The position numbers and the translations under genes were made by a program. A DNA stretch of 64,000 nucleotides. It comes from Gammaproteobacteria bacterium (GTDB lineage: Bacteria > Pseudomonadota > Gammaproteobacteria > CBDBNL01 > JAAOII01). Positions 40,604 through 52,108 of the stretch are shown one piece after another; within the stretch, counting starts at the first letter, position 1, and each line of letters starts with the position of its first letter. The notes beneath the pieces were generated by a model. It was not told the origin of the DNA. It made no database searches and saw only the letters and a program-made list of their open reading frames with translations. The stretch is taken from positions 1,024,001 to 1,088,000 of the forward strand of contig OZ242372.1 of NCBI GenBank assembly GCA_965209035.1, read 5' to 3'.

Positions 40604-42329
40604 TTATTCGGGGGGGCTGCCGAAACGACACTCATCATAAGGATAGCCCGCCGGGCAGGGCGGGATGCCCCGCAGGGTCGGCAAGGTCCCTTCATCGCCA
40701 AAGTCCCAGATGCTTGCATCCCAGTCGGCATAGGTGGTGGCGCCGTCACAGGTTGCGTCCGGGCCGGTCGGGCAGCGGAGTTGCGGCAGGGTGCGATAGT
40801 TTAAGTGGTCCGTGTCTGTGCGGGCATTGAAATAAGAAGAACGCACAGAAGTCGGTAAAGTGTTCACGGTGACGTTTGTCGCAAGTTCTGTAACGGAAAA
40901 ATAATTGCCTTCAAAAAATGCATAGGAGTTTTCCACAGGTGCCATAATTGGCCCAAAACCGCCTATATTGAGAGAGAGATTTGTTTGCATTAGCTGAGTC
41001 GTTGTAAGTATTATATCACCCCGGTAAATGACATAAGAATTATTAATCGATGATATCGCAGTGAATATGCTATCTCCAATTATGCCCCCCATTTGTAAAA
41101 TAGGATCAGAACTCTCTAAATTGTTCTTGATAGACACATTATTAGGGAGGACTACATAAACTCTTTCCACTGAGGTATTATCAGTGAGTCCAATCAAACC
41201 ACCAATTTTGATACTCGCCGCAGAAATTTCAAGAGAAATAACATCGGAAAAAATAAGATAAGAATTCATAATTTCAGTATTATTCGCCCTGCCACTCAGA
41301 CCGCCAAAATTTAGTCCCCCCATCTGCCCCACGTCGAAATTTTTGATCACCAACCCCAGATTCTTAATAGTTGCCCCGTTCATTCCGGCAAAGAACCCGA
41401 TATGAGAACGATTCCCCAAAACACCCCCTTCGTTTGTTATGGTCACATTAGAGATTACATTCCCGTTGCCGTCAAAGTCCGCCGTGAACCGTTGATCATC
41501 GGCATCCCCGCCGATAGGAATCCAATCCATCCCCGCCAGCGAGATATTCGCCGTGAGTTCGTAGCCGATGCAGCCCGAGCTGTCAGGACAGCCCACGGAG
41601 TTCGCCTCTTCGCCGGCAGCCGGCCTATAGCCCGTGCCTGCCAGGTTATGGCGGGTGTTGTTCAATTCTGCAGCCGTGCGAATTTCTATCAAGCCATCGC
41701 CATCGTCATCCACATCACAGGCATCCCCCAGCGGATCTGCGCCTTCATCCTGTTCATCCTGATTAGATTGGTCGGAATTCGCGATCGTCGGGCAGTTGTC
41801 ATGGGCATCCAATATTATGTCATTGTCCCGATTGGGGCCCGGCACACGACCGGGCAGCCTCTCCGTAGCGGAATCTCCATTCGCAACCAACACCGTCACA
41901 GAGATCGTATAAACATGATTGTCAAGCACATCATTGATCCGATAAGTGGCATCGATACCCGCACCGGTTTCGTCTTCCTTCATACCGGAAACCGCGGCAT
42001 CTGTCACCGCACCGCCACTGGCATCGCGCGTCCGTTGCCAAGTAATGTCAAACCGCGCAATATCGTTGATCTGTGGATTGGTCCAACTGACCTGCAAGCT
42101 GCCCGAGTTGGGAATGACGGTTAGTTCTGTCACAGGCGAGACATCGAACGGCGCAATTCCACCCCCGCCGCCGGATGTTCCGCCGCATGCGGGAAGGAAT
42201 AGGAATAGAAATAATAGGAGTAGGCCCGCAAAGAAATGTCCGGCCGGAGTGAATGAACGCCCGCAGGCTATCGGCATAAGATGAGACTTCTTGGAAACCC
42301 CTTCCGGCCGGTGAGAAAAAATAGAATGC
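40604..42329 (-). CDS. Surface lipoprotein: FN3 + thrombospondin type-3-like repeat + GLUG-type repeats (divergent paralogue); start approximate
   Basis: FLFLPAC-GGTSGGGGG lipobox/linker, VSWTNP, DNCPTIANSDQ..GDACD, DGDGLIEI, FDGNG..ISN, GGL.G; different Cys-rich C-terminus. Confidence 0.78.
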
Positions 42330-42436
42330 ATGATGACAATGTTGTTGTAAATGTTTTCGTTTAAAAAATAATAATATAGGCGATAGGTCCGTTTAACCGG
42401 GTGGGAAACAAGAGCTGCCAATCCTTAACTTCGCTA

Positions 42437-43510
42437 TCATAAAACATATTGTAAAGCAAGCCAAACCGAAATGCATGCATATGTATGATCCCACCCATTT
42501 CTGGACTTTTTTTGTTTTTGCAAAAACTGGATTGGCGAGAGTTGTTTGAGAGCATAATGGGGACGTTCCAGATTATACCAAGCCAACCACTCGATGAGTT
42601 TGGCGTTGAATGCTGGCATATCCTTAACCAAGAGATGCCGCATATGACAACCGAACTCTTCCCAGAGAGTGCGATTAAACCGTTCGCAGTGTGCATTCAT
42701 TTGCGGTTTCCTTGGATAGGTATACCAGTGGGTGCTGCCGTTTGCGGTCACGACCCGGTGAAAGTCTTTGGCGAACTCACTGCCATTATCGGTGAGGACT
42801 TTTTCGATCCGAGTGCCGAGTATGTTTTGCATGGCGGTAAAGAGCTGGGCGGAACTGGCCGAAGCAGCCGAGGTGTCGACACTGACCAGTGAGAAGCGGG
42901 AAAATAGATCAATGCCGACATGCCAATAAAAGCGCCGGCCATCGACGATGCGGACGAGCGTATCAAAGGCAACACATTCACCTCTCCGGCCCGCAACAAA
43001 GCGGATGTCCTTGCGCTCGCGCGGAGCACCTTGCCGCAGGCGTTTCGGCACGGACCGCGATGGTTTGCACCGCATCTTATCCGGGTCATCGGCAATGATG
43101 CGAGAGAGCGTTGATTGGCTGGGCAGCGGCAGCCCGCGCTGCTGACACCATTCGGGTAACAAGCAGACCAGTTTACCGGCACCGATGTTCGGACGCTCTT
43201 GTCGCCAAGATCGGATCTTGGTAATCAGTGCCGGTGGCCAGGTGTTGGACCGCTTGGGCTGATACCCATAGTTGTTCGCCAGTTCATCGACCCCGCCTTC
43301 ACGGAAACGCCGCTGCCACTCGTAGAATGTAGCACGACTGATCCTGGCATGATCCAACGCGGCCGCGACACCATGTTTGCGCGCGAACGCTAAGGTGTCC
43401 AGTTTGATTTTGGTGGTTTTAGACATGTTTGAATATTTGTTTGCTAAAACCACCATTTTATTGAAACCGCGCACGCGATAACCAATGTAGTGTAAACGTG
43501 TTCCTCTCAT
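42437..43510 (-). CDS. IS481-family DDE transposase (reads through the right IR)
   Basis: HTH ISRATFYEWQRRF, AFDT, IDLFSR, LTDNGSEF, PQMNAHCERFNRT, WYNLERPH. Confidence 0.9.
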   Translation of the reverse strand: MRGTRLHYIGYRVRGFNKMVVLANKYSNMSKTTKIKLDTLAFARKHGVAAALDHARISRATFYEWQRRFREGGVDELANNYGYQPKRSNTWPPALITKIRSWRQERPNIGAGKLVCLLPEWCQQRGLPLPSQSTLSRIIADDPDKMRCKPSRSVPKRLRQGAPRERKDIRFVAGRRGECVAFDTLVRIVDGRRFYWHVGIDLFSRFSLVSVDTSAASASSAQLFTAMQNILGTRIEKVLTDNGSEFAKDFHRVVTANGSTHWYTYPRKPQMNAHCERFNRTLWEEFGCHMRHLLVKDMPAFNAKLIEWLAWYNLERPHYALKQLSPIQFLQKQKKSRNGWDHTYACISVWLALQYVL

Positions 43511-43785
43511 TTCAAATCACCTCCGCGGTGCAGCCGCTCTCGCACACCGTACCGTCTTGCCAGCGGATACACCTAGACAGTTTTATCAACAACAAGCCTC
43601 CGCTGTCTGCGGCGGTGAGAGCAAAACAGCTATCCATCTTTCTTGCCCGTTTCATTCATCTAGCTCCACATACCGGAGACCCGTTGCCGGATCTATTTTC
43701 GACCCGTCCGACAGAACATCCGGCTGCTTGATCTGAGGACGCACAATACCAAACTCAGAGTCCAGAACCTTTATGAGATCATGCA
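42482..43785 (-). mobile_element. IS481-family insertion sequence, copy 1
   Basis: Imperfect terminal IRs TGCATGATCTCATAAAGGTTCTGGACT / TGTATGATCCCACCCATTTCTGGACT; 5-bp target duplication GCATA (42477-42481, 43786-43790); homologous to 61094-62392. Confidence 0.9.
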
Positions 43786-43898
43786 GCATAATCTTGTAAC
43801 ATCGGCGGGAATTAAATCCTGACCGCCACTTCCGTTGAAGACGCTTCTCAATGCGGCAATAAAAGGTCTAATTCCCTCCCCCCTAAAATAAGACAAGT

Positions 43899-45209
43899 AT
43901 GGAATATTTGAAACAGGGAAAAACCGCCGCCCAAAAGAATACGGCACAGGAAGAAGTGACCGCAACCGTCGGTGGCATCCTCAAAGACATTGAGGCTCGC
44001 GGCGACAAGGCGATTCGGGAATACTCGGCGCGGTTTGACAAGTGGTCGCCGGACTCCTTTTTGCTCGCCGCAGCGGAAATTAAAGATGCCATCTCGCGGG
44101 CGGACCCGCAGGATCTGCATGATATTGAATTCGCCCAACAGCAAATTCGCAACTTTGCCGAAAAACAAAAGGCAAGTATGCATGAAGTAATAGCGGAAAC
44201 TCTGCCGGGAGTCCGGCTGGGACACAAACACATTCCGATTGAGCGGGTCGGTTGCTATGTCCCGGGCGGCCGATATCCGATGATTGCCTCGGCGCATATG
44301 AGCACGGTGACGGCAAAGGTGGCTGGAGTGCGGCACATCATCGCCACAGCACCGCCGCAAGACGGCAGGCCGCATCCGCTGGTGGTGGCAGCCATGCACA
44401 TGGGAGGCGCCGACCATATTCTGACGCTCGGCGGTATTCAAGCCTTGGCGGCCATGGCCTTCGGCACGGCAGGCTTGCCACCCGCGGACATGCTGGTCGG
44501 GCCGGGCAATGCTTATGTGGCGGAAGCCAAGCGACAGCTGTTTGGCCGGGTAGGCATTGACCTGTTGGCGGGACCCACCGAGACACTGATTCTGGCGGAT
44601 GACAGCACGGACGGCGAGATTTGTGCCACAGACCTGCTGGGACAGGCCGAACACGGCCCCAATTCGCCCGCCATTTTGGTCACCGATTCCCGGCAACTGG
44701 CGGAGGACACCATAAGACAAGCCGAAAAACTTCTCGCCCGGATGCCAACCGGCGAAACGGCCGGCATCGCTTGGCGGGACTACGGCGAGGTCATCCTGTG
44801 CGAGAACAAACAAGAGATGTTGGATCTGGCAAACAAGATTGCCTCCGAGCATGTCCAGGTGATGACCGGGGACGATGATTATTTTCTCAACAATCTCACA
44901 AACTACGGGGCATTGTTTTTGGGGCAACGGACAAATGTCGCCTACGGCGACAAGGTGATTGGCACAAACCACACTCTGCCGACCGGGCGGGCGGCGCGCT
45001 ATACGGGCGGACTGTGGGTAGGCAAGTTTCTGAAAACCTGCACCTGGCAACGGGTGGAATCGGACGCGGCATCGGCGGAGATCGGCTCCTATTGTTCGCG
45101 CCTTTCCCTGATGGAAGGATTTGCCGGTCATGCCGAGCAGGCCAACATTCGTGTCCGGCGGTTCGGCGGCCGGCATGTCAAGCCCTACTCACCGGCACAA
45201 AAAGATTAA
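43899..45209 (+). CDS. Histidinol dehydrogenase paralogue (HpsN-like clade), probably catabolic
   Basis: [63 protein letters not shown]; no his operon around it. Confidence 0.85.
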   Translation: MEYLKQGKTAAQKNTAQEEVTATVGGILKDIEARGDKAIREYSARFDKWSPDSFLLAAAEIKDAISRADPQDLHDIEFAQQQIRNFAEKQKASMHEVIAETLPGVRLGHKHIPIERVGCYVPGGRYPMIASAHMSTVTAKVAGVRHIIATAPPQDGRPHPLVVAAMHMGGADHILTLGGIQALAAMAFGTAGLPPADMLVGPGNAYVAEAKRQLFGRVGIDLLAGPTETLILADDSTDGEICATDLLGQAEHGPNSPAILVTDSRQLAEDTIRQAEKLLARMPTGETAGIAWRDYGEVILCENKQEMLDLANKIASEHVQVMTGDDDYFLNNLTNYGALFLGQRTNVAYGDKVIGTNHTLPTGRAARYTGGLWVGKFLKTCTWQRVESDAASAEIGSYCSRLSLMEGFAGHAEQANIRVRRFGGRHVKPYSPAQKD

Positions 45210-45216
45210 TTAACGG

Positions 45217-45981
45217 ATGCGGCTGCCGCAAACACCGTCAAACCGATTGGACGGACAACGGGCGTTGGTTACAGGCGCGGGCGGCGGGTTGGGTTTGGCG
45301 GCGGCAACCGCCCTGGCGCGGGCGGGAGCGGAAGTGACCCTGGCGGGCCGCACCGGCGGCAAGTTGGATGCGGCCGTTACGGCACTAAAAGACGAAGGGT
45401 TGGCGGCGCAATCTCTGGTGCTGGATGTCACCGACACCCGACAAGTCCGACAGACGATTGCCGGCCTGCCGGCCTTCTCCGTGCTGGTGAACAATGCCGG
45501 CACCAATGTCCCCGCCACTTTTACCGATGTCCGCGCCGAGGACTTTGATCGGATGATGCTGCTCAATGTTCGCGCCGCTTTTTTTGTCGCCCTGGCGGTC
45601 ACGCAAACAATGATCCGGGACAAGATACCCGGTTCGGTCATCAACATATCTTCGCAGATGGGACATGTGGGCGGCCGCAATCGCAGTGTTTACTGCGCGA
45701 CCAAGCATGCGATGGAAGGATGGACCAAAGCCGCGGCCTTAGACCTCGCCCCATACAACATCCGCGTCAATACCCTCTGCCCGACCTTCGTCCGCACTCC
45801 GCTGACGGAAGGAATGCTAAAAGATGCGAACTTCGCCGAGGATGTCCTTTCAAAAATTGCCCTCGGGCGGGTCGGCGAAACCGCCGACATCATGGGGGCG
45901 GTGGTTTACCTGGCTTCGGCCGGGGCTTCCCTGGTGACCGGCAGTGCCTTAAAAGTGGACGGCGGCTGGACGGCAGTATGA
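45217..45981 (+). CDS. SDR-family oxidoreductase
   Basis: TGAGGGLG, NNAG, YCATK, VDGGW. Confidence 0.92.
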   Translation: MRLPQTPSNRLDGQRALVTGAGGGLGLAAATALARAGAEVTLAGRTGGKLDAAVTALKDEGLAAQSLVLDVTDTRQVRQTIAGLPAFSVLVNNAGTNVPATFTDVRAEDFDRMMLLNVRAAFFVALAVTQTMIRDKIPGSVINISSQMGHVGGRNRSVYCATKHAMEGWTKAAALDLAPYNIRVNTLCPTFVRTPLTEGMLKDANFAEDVLSKIALGRVGETADIMGAVVYLASAGASLVTGSALKVDGGWTAV

Positions 45982-46174
45982 TATCCTGTCAAAAATTGCC
46001 CTCGGGCGGGGCGGCGAAACCGTCAACCCTCCCATATCTTTGGGGCGGTGATTTTAATGACTCTATGGCTCACCCGGCTTCGGATGAGGACTTCGGCCGG
46101 GGCTTCCCCGGTGACCGGCAATGCCTTGCCTTAAGTGCCTAACTTAAAAGTGGACGGCGGCCGGACGGCCGTAT
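45980..46174 (+). pseudogene. Degenerate duplicate of the SDR gene 3' end
   Basis: 45980-46022 matches 45841-45883; 46091-46174 matches about 45914-45981, with insertions. Confidence 0.75.
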
Positions 46175-46915
46175 AAGGCGTATTTGGATGCCCGAATTAA
46201 ACTTTTAATAAACTCTTAAATTACAAACTACAAACTAAAACCGAAAACTGATAACGATGAAGACACAACACGCAAAACAGCGGGAGCATATCATTCGCAT
46301 CACCGAAGAGATATGGGAGAACCGAAGCCTGGATAAGGTTGGCACGCACTATGCGGATGATGTGGTGATACACACACCGCTCGGACAGACGCTCGGCTCG
46401 GCCGGCATGACCGACAGCACAAGGTGTATATAAGATGCCCGAATTAAACTTTTAATAAACTCTTAAATTACAAACTACAAACTAAAACCGAAAACTGATA
46501 ACGATGAAGACACAACACGCAAAACAGCGGGAGCATATCATTCGCATCACCGAAGAGATATGGGAGAACCGAAACCTGGATAAGGTTGGCACGCACTATG
46601 CGGAGGATGTGGTGATACACACACCGCTCGGACAGACGCGCGGCTCGGCCGGCATGACCGACAGCACAAGGTGTATATAAGATACCCGGATTAAATTTTT
46701 AATAAACTCTTAAATTACAAACTACAAACTACAAACCGAAAACTGATAACGATGAAGACACAACACGCAAAACAACGGGAGCATATCATTCGCATCACCG
46801 AAGAGATATGGGAGAACCGAAACCTGGATAAGGTTGGCACGCACTATACGGAGGATGTGGTGATACACACACCGCTCGGACAGACGCGCGGCTCGGCCGG
46901 CATGACCGACAGCAC
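46175..46915 (+). repeat. Triplication (247-bp period) of the upstream region plus first ~55 codons of the SnoaL-like gene
   Basis: Unit marker GAT(G/A)CCCG at 46187, 46434 and 46681; ATGAAGACACAACACG at 46257, 46504 and 46752; first two copies give 58-aa truncated ORFs (46257-46433, 46504-46680). Confidence 0.95.
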
Positions 46916-47828
46916 CGCCGAGATGCTGCACAGCTTTCCGGACAGGCGATTACTGCCGCAGGAAATTATCCTCAGCGAGAACAAAAACAAATGGCATTCG
47001 TCCCACCGCATCATCTCCGTGATGCATGCGCGCGGGGCGAGCATCAGCGAACCGGCAACCAACACGCGCGTGCGTGTGCATACCATCGCCGACTGCGCCC
47101 TGACAGAGGATAACCGCATTTACGAAGAATGGCTGGTGCGCGACCATTTGGCGATCTGCCGGCAACTGGGGCAAGACCCGAACACACATGTCAAAGAGCG
47201 GATCACCCAAGAAGCACAATCGGACGGCAGTAGTTTCATACGCTGGGGTGCCGGCGGTCCGAAACTTCTGAGGATTAATAGCATCGGGCAAAATAAGTTG
47301 ATTAAAAGAGAACTATTGGAAACAACGCTGCGCTTTCCGCCGACCAAACGACGTCAAGAATTCGCCGGCCCGCCCATCAGCGAAACAGCCGAAAAGACCC
47401 AAAACGCATATGCGGACTTTTTCCGCTCGGTTTTCATCGAGGCACGCTTTGCCGAAATTCCAAAAATGTATCATCCCGCCTGTTCCTTGTTCCTGCCCGG
47501 CGGGGTATGTGACTACGGACAGGATGCAGCCGATGCATTTTTTATGGGCTATGTGGGGTCCTTGTCGGCAAGAGAGTTTCACATCCAACACATGAGTGCC
47601 AACGAAGAGGCGGGACTGCCGCTGCGCATGAGCATGCGTTGGGCCCTGTCCGGCCGGCACACCGGCAACGGCAGGTTTGGGCCGCCGAGCGGGGCGAAAG
47701 TATCCGTTCTCGGCATTTCCCATGCCAACTTCTATGACGGACAGGTGATCGCCGAATGGAACCTCGTCGACGAGATCGCCATCCTGGCTCAAATTGAAGC
47801 GTTTAAGATGGCGAAAACTGCGACCTGA
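46752..47828 (+). CDS. Tandem SnoaL/NTF2-like (ester cyclase family) protein
   Basis: IIRITEEIWE.R, FPDRRLL, SSHRI, TIADC..IYEEWLVRD; second domain RWALSGRHTG.G.FG.P.G..V..GISH, EWNLVDE. Confidence 0.8.
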   Translation: MKTQHAKQREHIIRITEEIWENRNLDKVGTHYTEDVVIHTPLGQTRGSAGMTDSTAEMLHSFPDRRLLPQEIILSENKNKWHSSHRIISVMHARGASISEPATNTRVRVHTIADCALTEDNRIYEEWLVRDHLAICRQLGQDPNTHVKERITQEAQSDGSSFIRWGAGGPKLLRINSIGQNKLIKRELLETTLRFPPTKRRQEFAGPPISETAEKTQNAYADFFRSVFIEARFAEIPKMYHPACSLFLPGGVCDYGQDAADAFFMGYVGSLSAREFHIQHMSANEEAGLPLRMSMRWALSGRHTGNGRFGPPSGAKVSVLGISHANFYDGQVIAEWNLVDEIAILAQIEAFKMAKTAT

Positions 47829-48384
47829 ACAACTGAACGACCTGACGAGATAGCATGAAACGCCGCGGCGGCGCAAGATGGCACAAGGCGGCACAAGGCT
47901 GCGGCGGCTGACACAGAACAATTCGTCTTCATCTCCTCGTCCTTATCTATGCACGCCTCTGTCCGGGGCATCTATGGCAATAGTGATAATAGGACCTGAT
48001 AAACCAAAACACCGTTCCGGTATTTAACAAGTCATAACGCAATAGCATTAAATGCCGCGGCGGCACAAGATGGCGGCTGACACAGGACAATTCGTCTTCG
48101 TCTCTCCGTCCCCATTAGGGGCTATTAATATAAGTAAGCCGTTTGCTCGGACTTCTTTATCCGGGGAGGGGAAAGGAGAAAAGTGAGAGATGACCTCGCT
48201 TGTTTATTGGGTTTCTTGGTTGTCCCGGACTTCTCCGCTTCGAAGAGCGAAGAAAAGACGAAGTTTCCGGCGGCTGACCATGCAGACCGGAGGCTGGTAT
48301 TGTGTGCTGTTAAAAAAATCCCGGACACGGATGAAGGAGGAATCATCCGGCCCGGGAAAACTTTTCCCTTTATTTTATCTTGCC

Positions 48385-50397
48385 TTAAGGCGTTGTTGGT
48401 CTTTGGGCTTCCGTGCCGCCGGGAACACAATTCAGGGCAGGGTATTGCTCGGAAGTGCCGAGATCCCAAACGCGGATGAAAGGGTCACCTGGCCCGGCAT
48501 CGTCAGAAGATTCCATCACTTCGCCCGTATCCGGATCACACCAGAAATTACCCCAGGTCGCGTAAATAGTGTTGGCAAAGCCGCGATCTTCGTCACTGAT
48601 CCTCGCCGGCATTTGCAGTTCAGCCGTGGTTAAACCCGGTTCCTGCTGACTGGCATTGACACCTGTGGTGTCCGTGTCCCAATAAGAAACACTTATTACC
48701 GTATTTGCGTCATCAGATCCTATTAATCCGCCGACCCCATCACCACCGGACACATTGCCAAGGGCCACATAAGAATAATCAATCTTTACCGACCCGCCGG
48801 ATGCAGTTCTTCCTATGAGTCCGCCAATGTTGCCGCCACCGCTAATTTTGCCACCGAGCGCATAAGAATGGGTAATATTTGCCGCCAATTTGACGAATCC
48901 TATTAATCCACCGCTGTTGAAGCCATTGGGAGCATGACTGGTAACGATAACGTTGGTCACATAAGAAGAAGTCACCTTAGCGGAAGTAGTCTCTCCTATT
49001 AATCCGCCCACGTTTGCTAAAGAAGCGGAAAGATTAGCATTGGCTACATAAGAAGCAATAATCTCAACTCCGTCCCCGAGTCCGACCAGTCCGCCCACAC
49101 TTTCTCTTCCCTCTACACGGCTGTCTTTAACGATGGATCGGAAGATCGTGGCGTCTGAGGCATCGCCGGCGAGAGCCCCCAAATTTTCACTGACTTCATT
49201 TCCCAAAACGACTCCCGAAACCGCAATATTTATAAAGGTGCCGTTAACACCATAACCAACTAACAAGCCTGTATTCTGATTTTCATCGCGACCGGTGACA
49301 CGCACACGCGCGTCGACCAGGTTCAAGTTGCGCACCGTGCCGTTGAATGCGGCAAACAGCCCGGTCCCATACACGTGACCACCGGGAATGGAAATGAACA
49401 GATTGGAAATGTTATGGTGATTGCCTTCAAAAATACCGCTATAAGATCTATAAGCTTCACAAGCTCTGCTATCCTCATCCGTGCAAGAGCCGATCGGTGT
49501 CCAACCACTGCCACTGCTGTCCGTCCAGGCAACCATATTGGCATTGTTCTCGTCGGCATAGGAACCTGCATCACTGAAATCGAGCGAACGCATCAATTCG
49601 TAACCGATACAGCCGTCGGCCGGGCAGCCCATAGATTCTTCCACGGTAATGGTGTCGTTATTGCCATCATCCGCCCCATCGCCATTCAAGTCATCGCGCA
49701 GCAGGGCTAACGCGTCCAGAGTGCGAATCTCGATCAAGCCGTCACCGTCATAGTCCGAATCTTCCGCATTCATAACACCATCTTCATCAAAATCATTCGG
49801 ATTCGGGGCAGTCATTGCCGGTTCAGGATTTGAAGCCGCGGGATCGCCACTCTCGTAAAGCACCGTAATTATGATGTTGTAGGTGACGCGATAGGTTAGA
49901 TTCGTAATGGTGTATCTATTATCCGAAGCACCGGATGAAAGATTCACTGCGGGATCAGTCCCATTGTTAAGTTCTGCGAAGCCTCCATCGTCCTCATCGG
50001 CGGCATTGACCCAACTCACATTGAACCCGGTAATACCCGCCTGATTCGGATTCGTCCAACGCACGGTAATGTTATTCCCACTGACTGTGGTATCGAATCC
50101 AGAAACAGCCCGAGAAGGGGGATTGGGAGAAGTGGAACCGCCACCACCGCCACCACAACCGGCAAGAAGCAAAGTCGGTATACCCAACAGCAGAATAGTA
50201 CATACCAAACGAGTTTGTCGTTTCATCCGCCGGAATACACGAGAAGCTGCCGTTAAAGACAACGCAATTCGCCCAACAAACGACTTCAAAAAAATATTTG
50301 GAACATTATTAAAGATCCGGGCGAATGCCGGGTGTGATTGTTGACCGCGTGTTCCTCTCGCCGACCAAACAAATAAAAGGTTGAGTTTACTCATCAT
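48385..50397 (-). CDS. Surface lipoprotein: FN3 + Asp-rich + GLUG-type repeats (paralogue A)
   Basis: LLLAGCGGGGGG, VRWTNP, DYDGDGLIEIRTLD, GGLIG repeats, WGNFWCDPDTGEV..WDLG..QYPALNC. Confidence 0.82.
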   Translation of the reverse strand: MMSKLNLLFVWSARGTRGQQSHPAFARIFNNVPNIFLKSFVGRIALSLTAASRVFRRMKRQTRLVCTILLLGIPTLLLAGCGGGGGGSTSPNPPSRAVSGFDTTVSGNNITVRWTNPNQAGITGFNVSWVNAADEDDGGFAELNNGTDPAVNLSSGASDNRYTITNLTYRVTYNIIITVLYESGDPAASNPEPAMTAPNPNDFDEDGVMNAEDSDYDGDGLIEIRTLDALALLRDDLNGDGADDGNNDTITVEESMGCPADGCIGYELMRSLDFSDAGSYADENNANMVAWTDSSGSGWTPIGSCTDEDSRACEAYRSYSGIFEGNHHNISNLFISIPGGHVYGTGLFAAFNGTVRNLNLVDARVRVTGRDENQNTGLLVGYGVNGTFINIAVSGVVLGNEVSENLGALAGDASDATIFRSIVKDSRVEGRESVGGLVGLGDGVEIIASYVANANLSASLANVGGLIGETTSAKVTSSYVTNVIVTSHAPNGFNSGGLIGFVKLAANITHSYALGGKISGGGNIGGLIGRTASGGSVKIDYSYVALGNVSGGDGVGGLIGSDDANTVISVSYWDTDTTGVNASQQEPGLTTAELQMPARISDEDRGFANTIYATWGNFWCDPDTGEVMESSDDAGPGDPFIRVWDLGTSEQYPALNCVPGGTEAQRPTTP

Positions 50398-50704
50398 ATT
50401 TTTATGTTTAATTTAATAGTGTTAATTTGTAAAATAAAAAATTCCATAGTTCTCTAATTATAACACCAATTTCCAAAATAAGATCCCTATTTTTTCATTT
50501 TTAACTTAAAACTCCGGTTCCTCAAAATAGGGGCGGCAGCCGGCTACCCTATCCCAATTTTTCCTTTCAGCTTGCTTATTTAAAGGATAAGTAAGTAAAT
50601 CTATGACAAAACAGGCGGCGACGCCGGCACAAGCCGCAGCGCACTCGGTATGTTAATTGCCGCACCACTCACCGCGACAAAAACCAAAGCAGATTTTAGC
50701 TGCC

Positions 50705-51523
50705 TTAGGGTGTTGCTCGGCCTTGGGGTCCCAGACCGCCGGGCACACAGTTCAAGGCGGGGTATTGAGTTGTCGCCCCAAGATCCCAAACATATTCGGT
50801 AAAACGGCTATTCGCCGGTATCACTCCGTCAGAAGATTCCATGACATCGCCCGTGTCCGGATCACACACGAAATTACCCCAGGCCGCGTAAATGGTGCGG
50901 GCAAAGCCGCCACTCGCGCTCGGCATTTGCAATTGGATTGTGGTTCTGCCTTCTCCCTTGTTATTGCCCGCGCCGGCAGACCTGTCTGCGATGTTCGTGT
51001 CCCAATAAGAAGCATTTATCGTAACGGACTCACCGAATCCTATTAGGCCTCCTATATTGGAAGAACCGGACAGGCTGCCGCCGGCCACATAAGAATAACG
51101 GACCTCGGCACGGAAGCCATCCCCTATGAGTCCGCCCACTTCGGCAGAGCCATTGATATGATTACCGAGCGCATAGGAATGCCCAATATCCGCTTGTTCA
51201 CCGGCTCCTATGAAACCGCCGACATAAAAAGAAGAGCCACTGACCTTGCTGTTTGCCACATAAGAGGATCTGATATTTGCCGCATCGCCGATTCCTATGA
51301 CGCCGCCGACAGAAGAAGAGCCGTTCACATCGCTGTCTGCCACATAAGCCCGCCTAATCCTTACCGCCACACCGCCGCCGATGAATCCGCCGACAAAGAA
51401 ATCCCCGGTTACATTGCCATCCATCACATAAGAATTACTCATCTCGGCACGCGAGCCGTGCCCGACCAGACCGCCTACAAACTGAGAACCATTGATATCG
51501 CCGTCGATCGCAATGACCCCGAT
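50705..51523 (-). pseudogene. 5'-truncated lipoprotein paralogue (GLUG repeats + C-terminus only), cassette B'
   Basis: Frame begins IGVIAIDGDINGSQFVGGLVGHG (compare IIGVIVKDSDVSGARVLGGLVGHG in 52398-54911); in-frame stop immediately upstream (51530-51532); no signal peptide or FN3; intact to the conserved C-terminus. Confidence 0.8.
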
Positions 51524-52108
51524 GGCGGATTAATAGAGTTCAGCGGGTTCGGCAACTCAGCAACTATTAGTTACTCTTATGTGATCGGCAGCAACGTATC
51601 CTCTACTTCCGGCTCTGCGGGCGGATTAATAGGATACGGTGCCGGAGGGATCATTAGGCACTCTTATGTGGCTGATACGAGTATAACAACATTCCGTGAC
51701 TTCGTGGGCGGCTTAATAGGGTTCAGCATCTCAGCAACTATTAGTTACTCTTATGTGGTCGGCGGCAGTGTATCCGGTCTTGCCGACGTAGGCGGATTAA
51801 GAGGTTTGGGCACTTCTCCGGTAAATGCCTCTTATTGGAATACGACCGCCACAGGCCGGGAGGGCGGCGGCGAAAGTAAAACCAAAGAGGAATTGCAAAT
51901 GCCGTCCACGACCAGCGGCGTTGCCGGGAGCATCTATGAGGTCTGGGGTAACTTCTGGTGTGATCCGGACACGGGGGAAGAGGTGGAAGCCGCAACCCGG
52001 CCGGACGGGTTTTTATCAGTTTGGAATCTTGGCACTGACGAGGAATACCCGGCCTTGAATTGTGTAGTCGGCGGCCTGGAGCCGCAAGGCAGAACACCCA
52101 CACCTTAA
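51524..52108 (+). pseudogene. 5'-truncated lipoprotein paralogue (GLUG repeats + C-terminus only), cassette C'
   Basis: Homology starts at GGLIEFSGFGNSATISYSYV; intact to WGNFWCDPDTGEEV..WNLG..EYPALNC; sequence upstream of 51524 is antisense of B'. Confidence 0.8.

Noticed and set aside
43848-45176. Long antisense ORFs (also 33924-34991, 55121-56155, 8759-9436)
   Set aside because: Shadows of well-supported genes or repeats on the opposite strand in GC-rich DNA, with no recognisable motifs.
43899-45209. Biosynthetic hisD
   Set aside because: Motifs ([17 protein letters not shown]) and SDR neighbour fit the HpsN-like paralogue clade; no other his genes nearby. Gene symbol withheld.
51158-51523. 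N-terminal part of the 316-aa ORF 51158-52108 as a real protein
   Set aside because: It is the antisense of cassette B'; family homology on the plus strand begins only at 51524.
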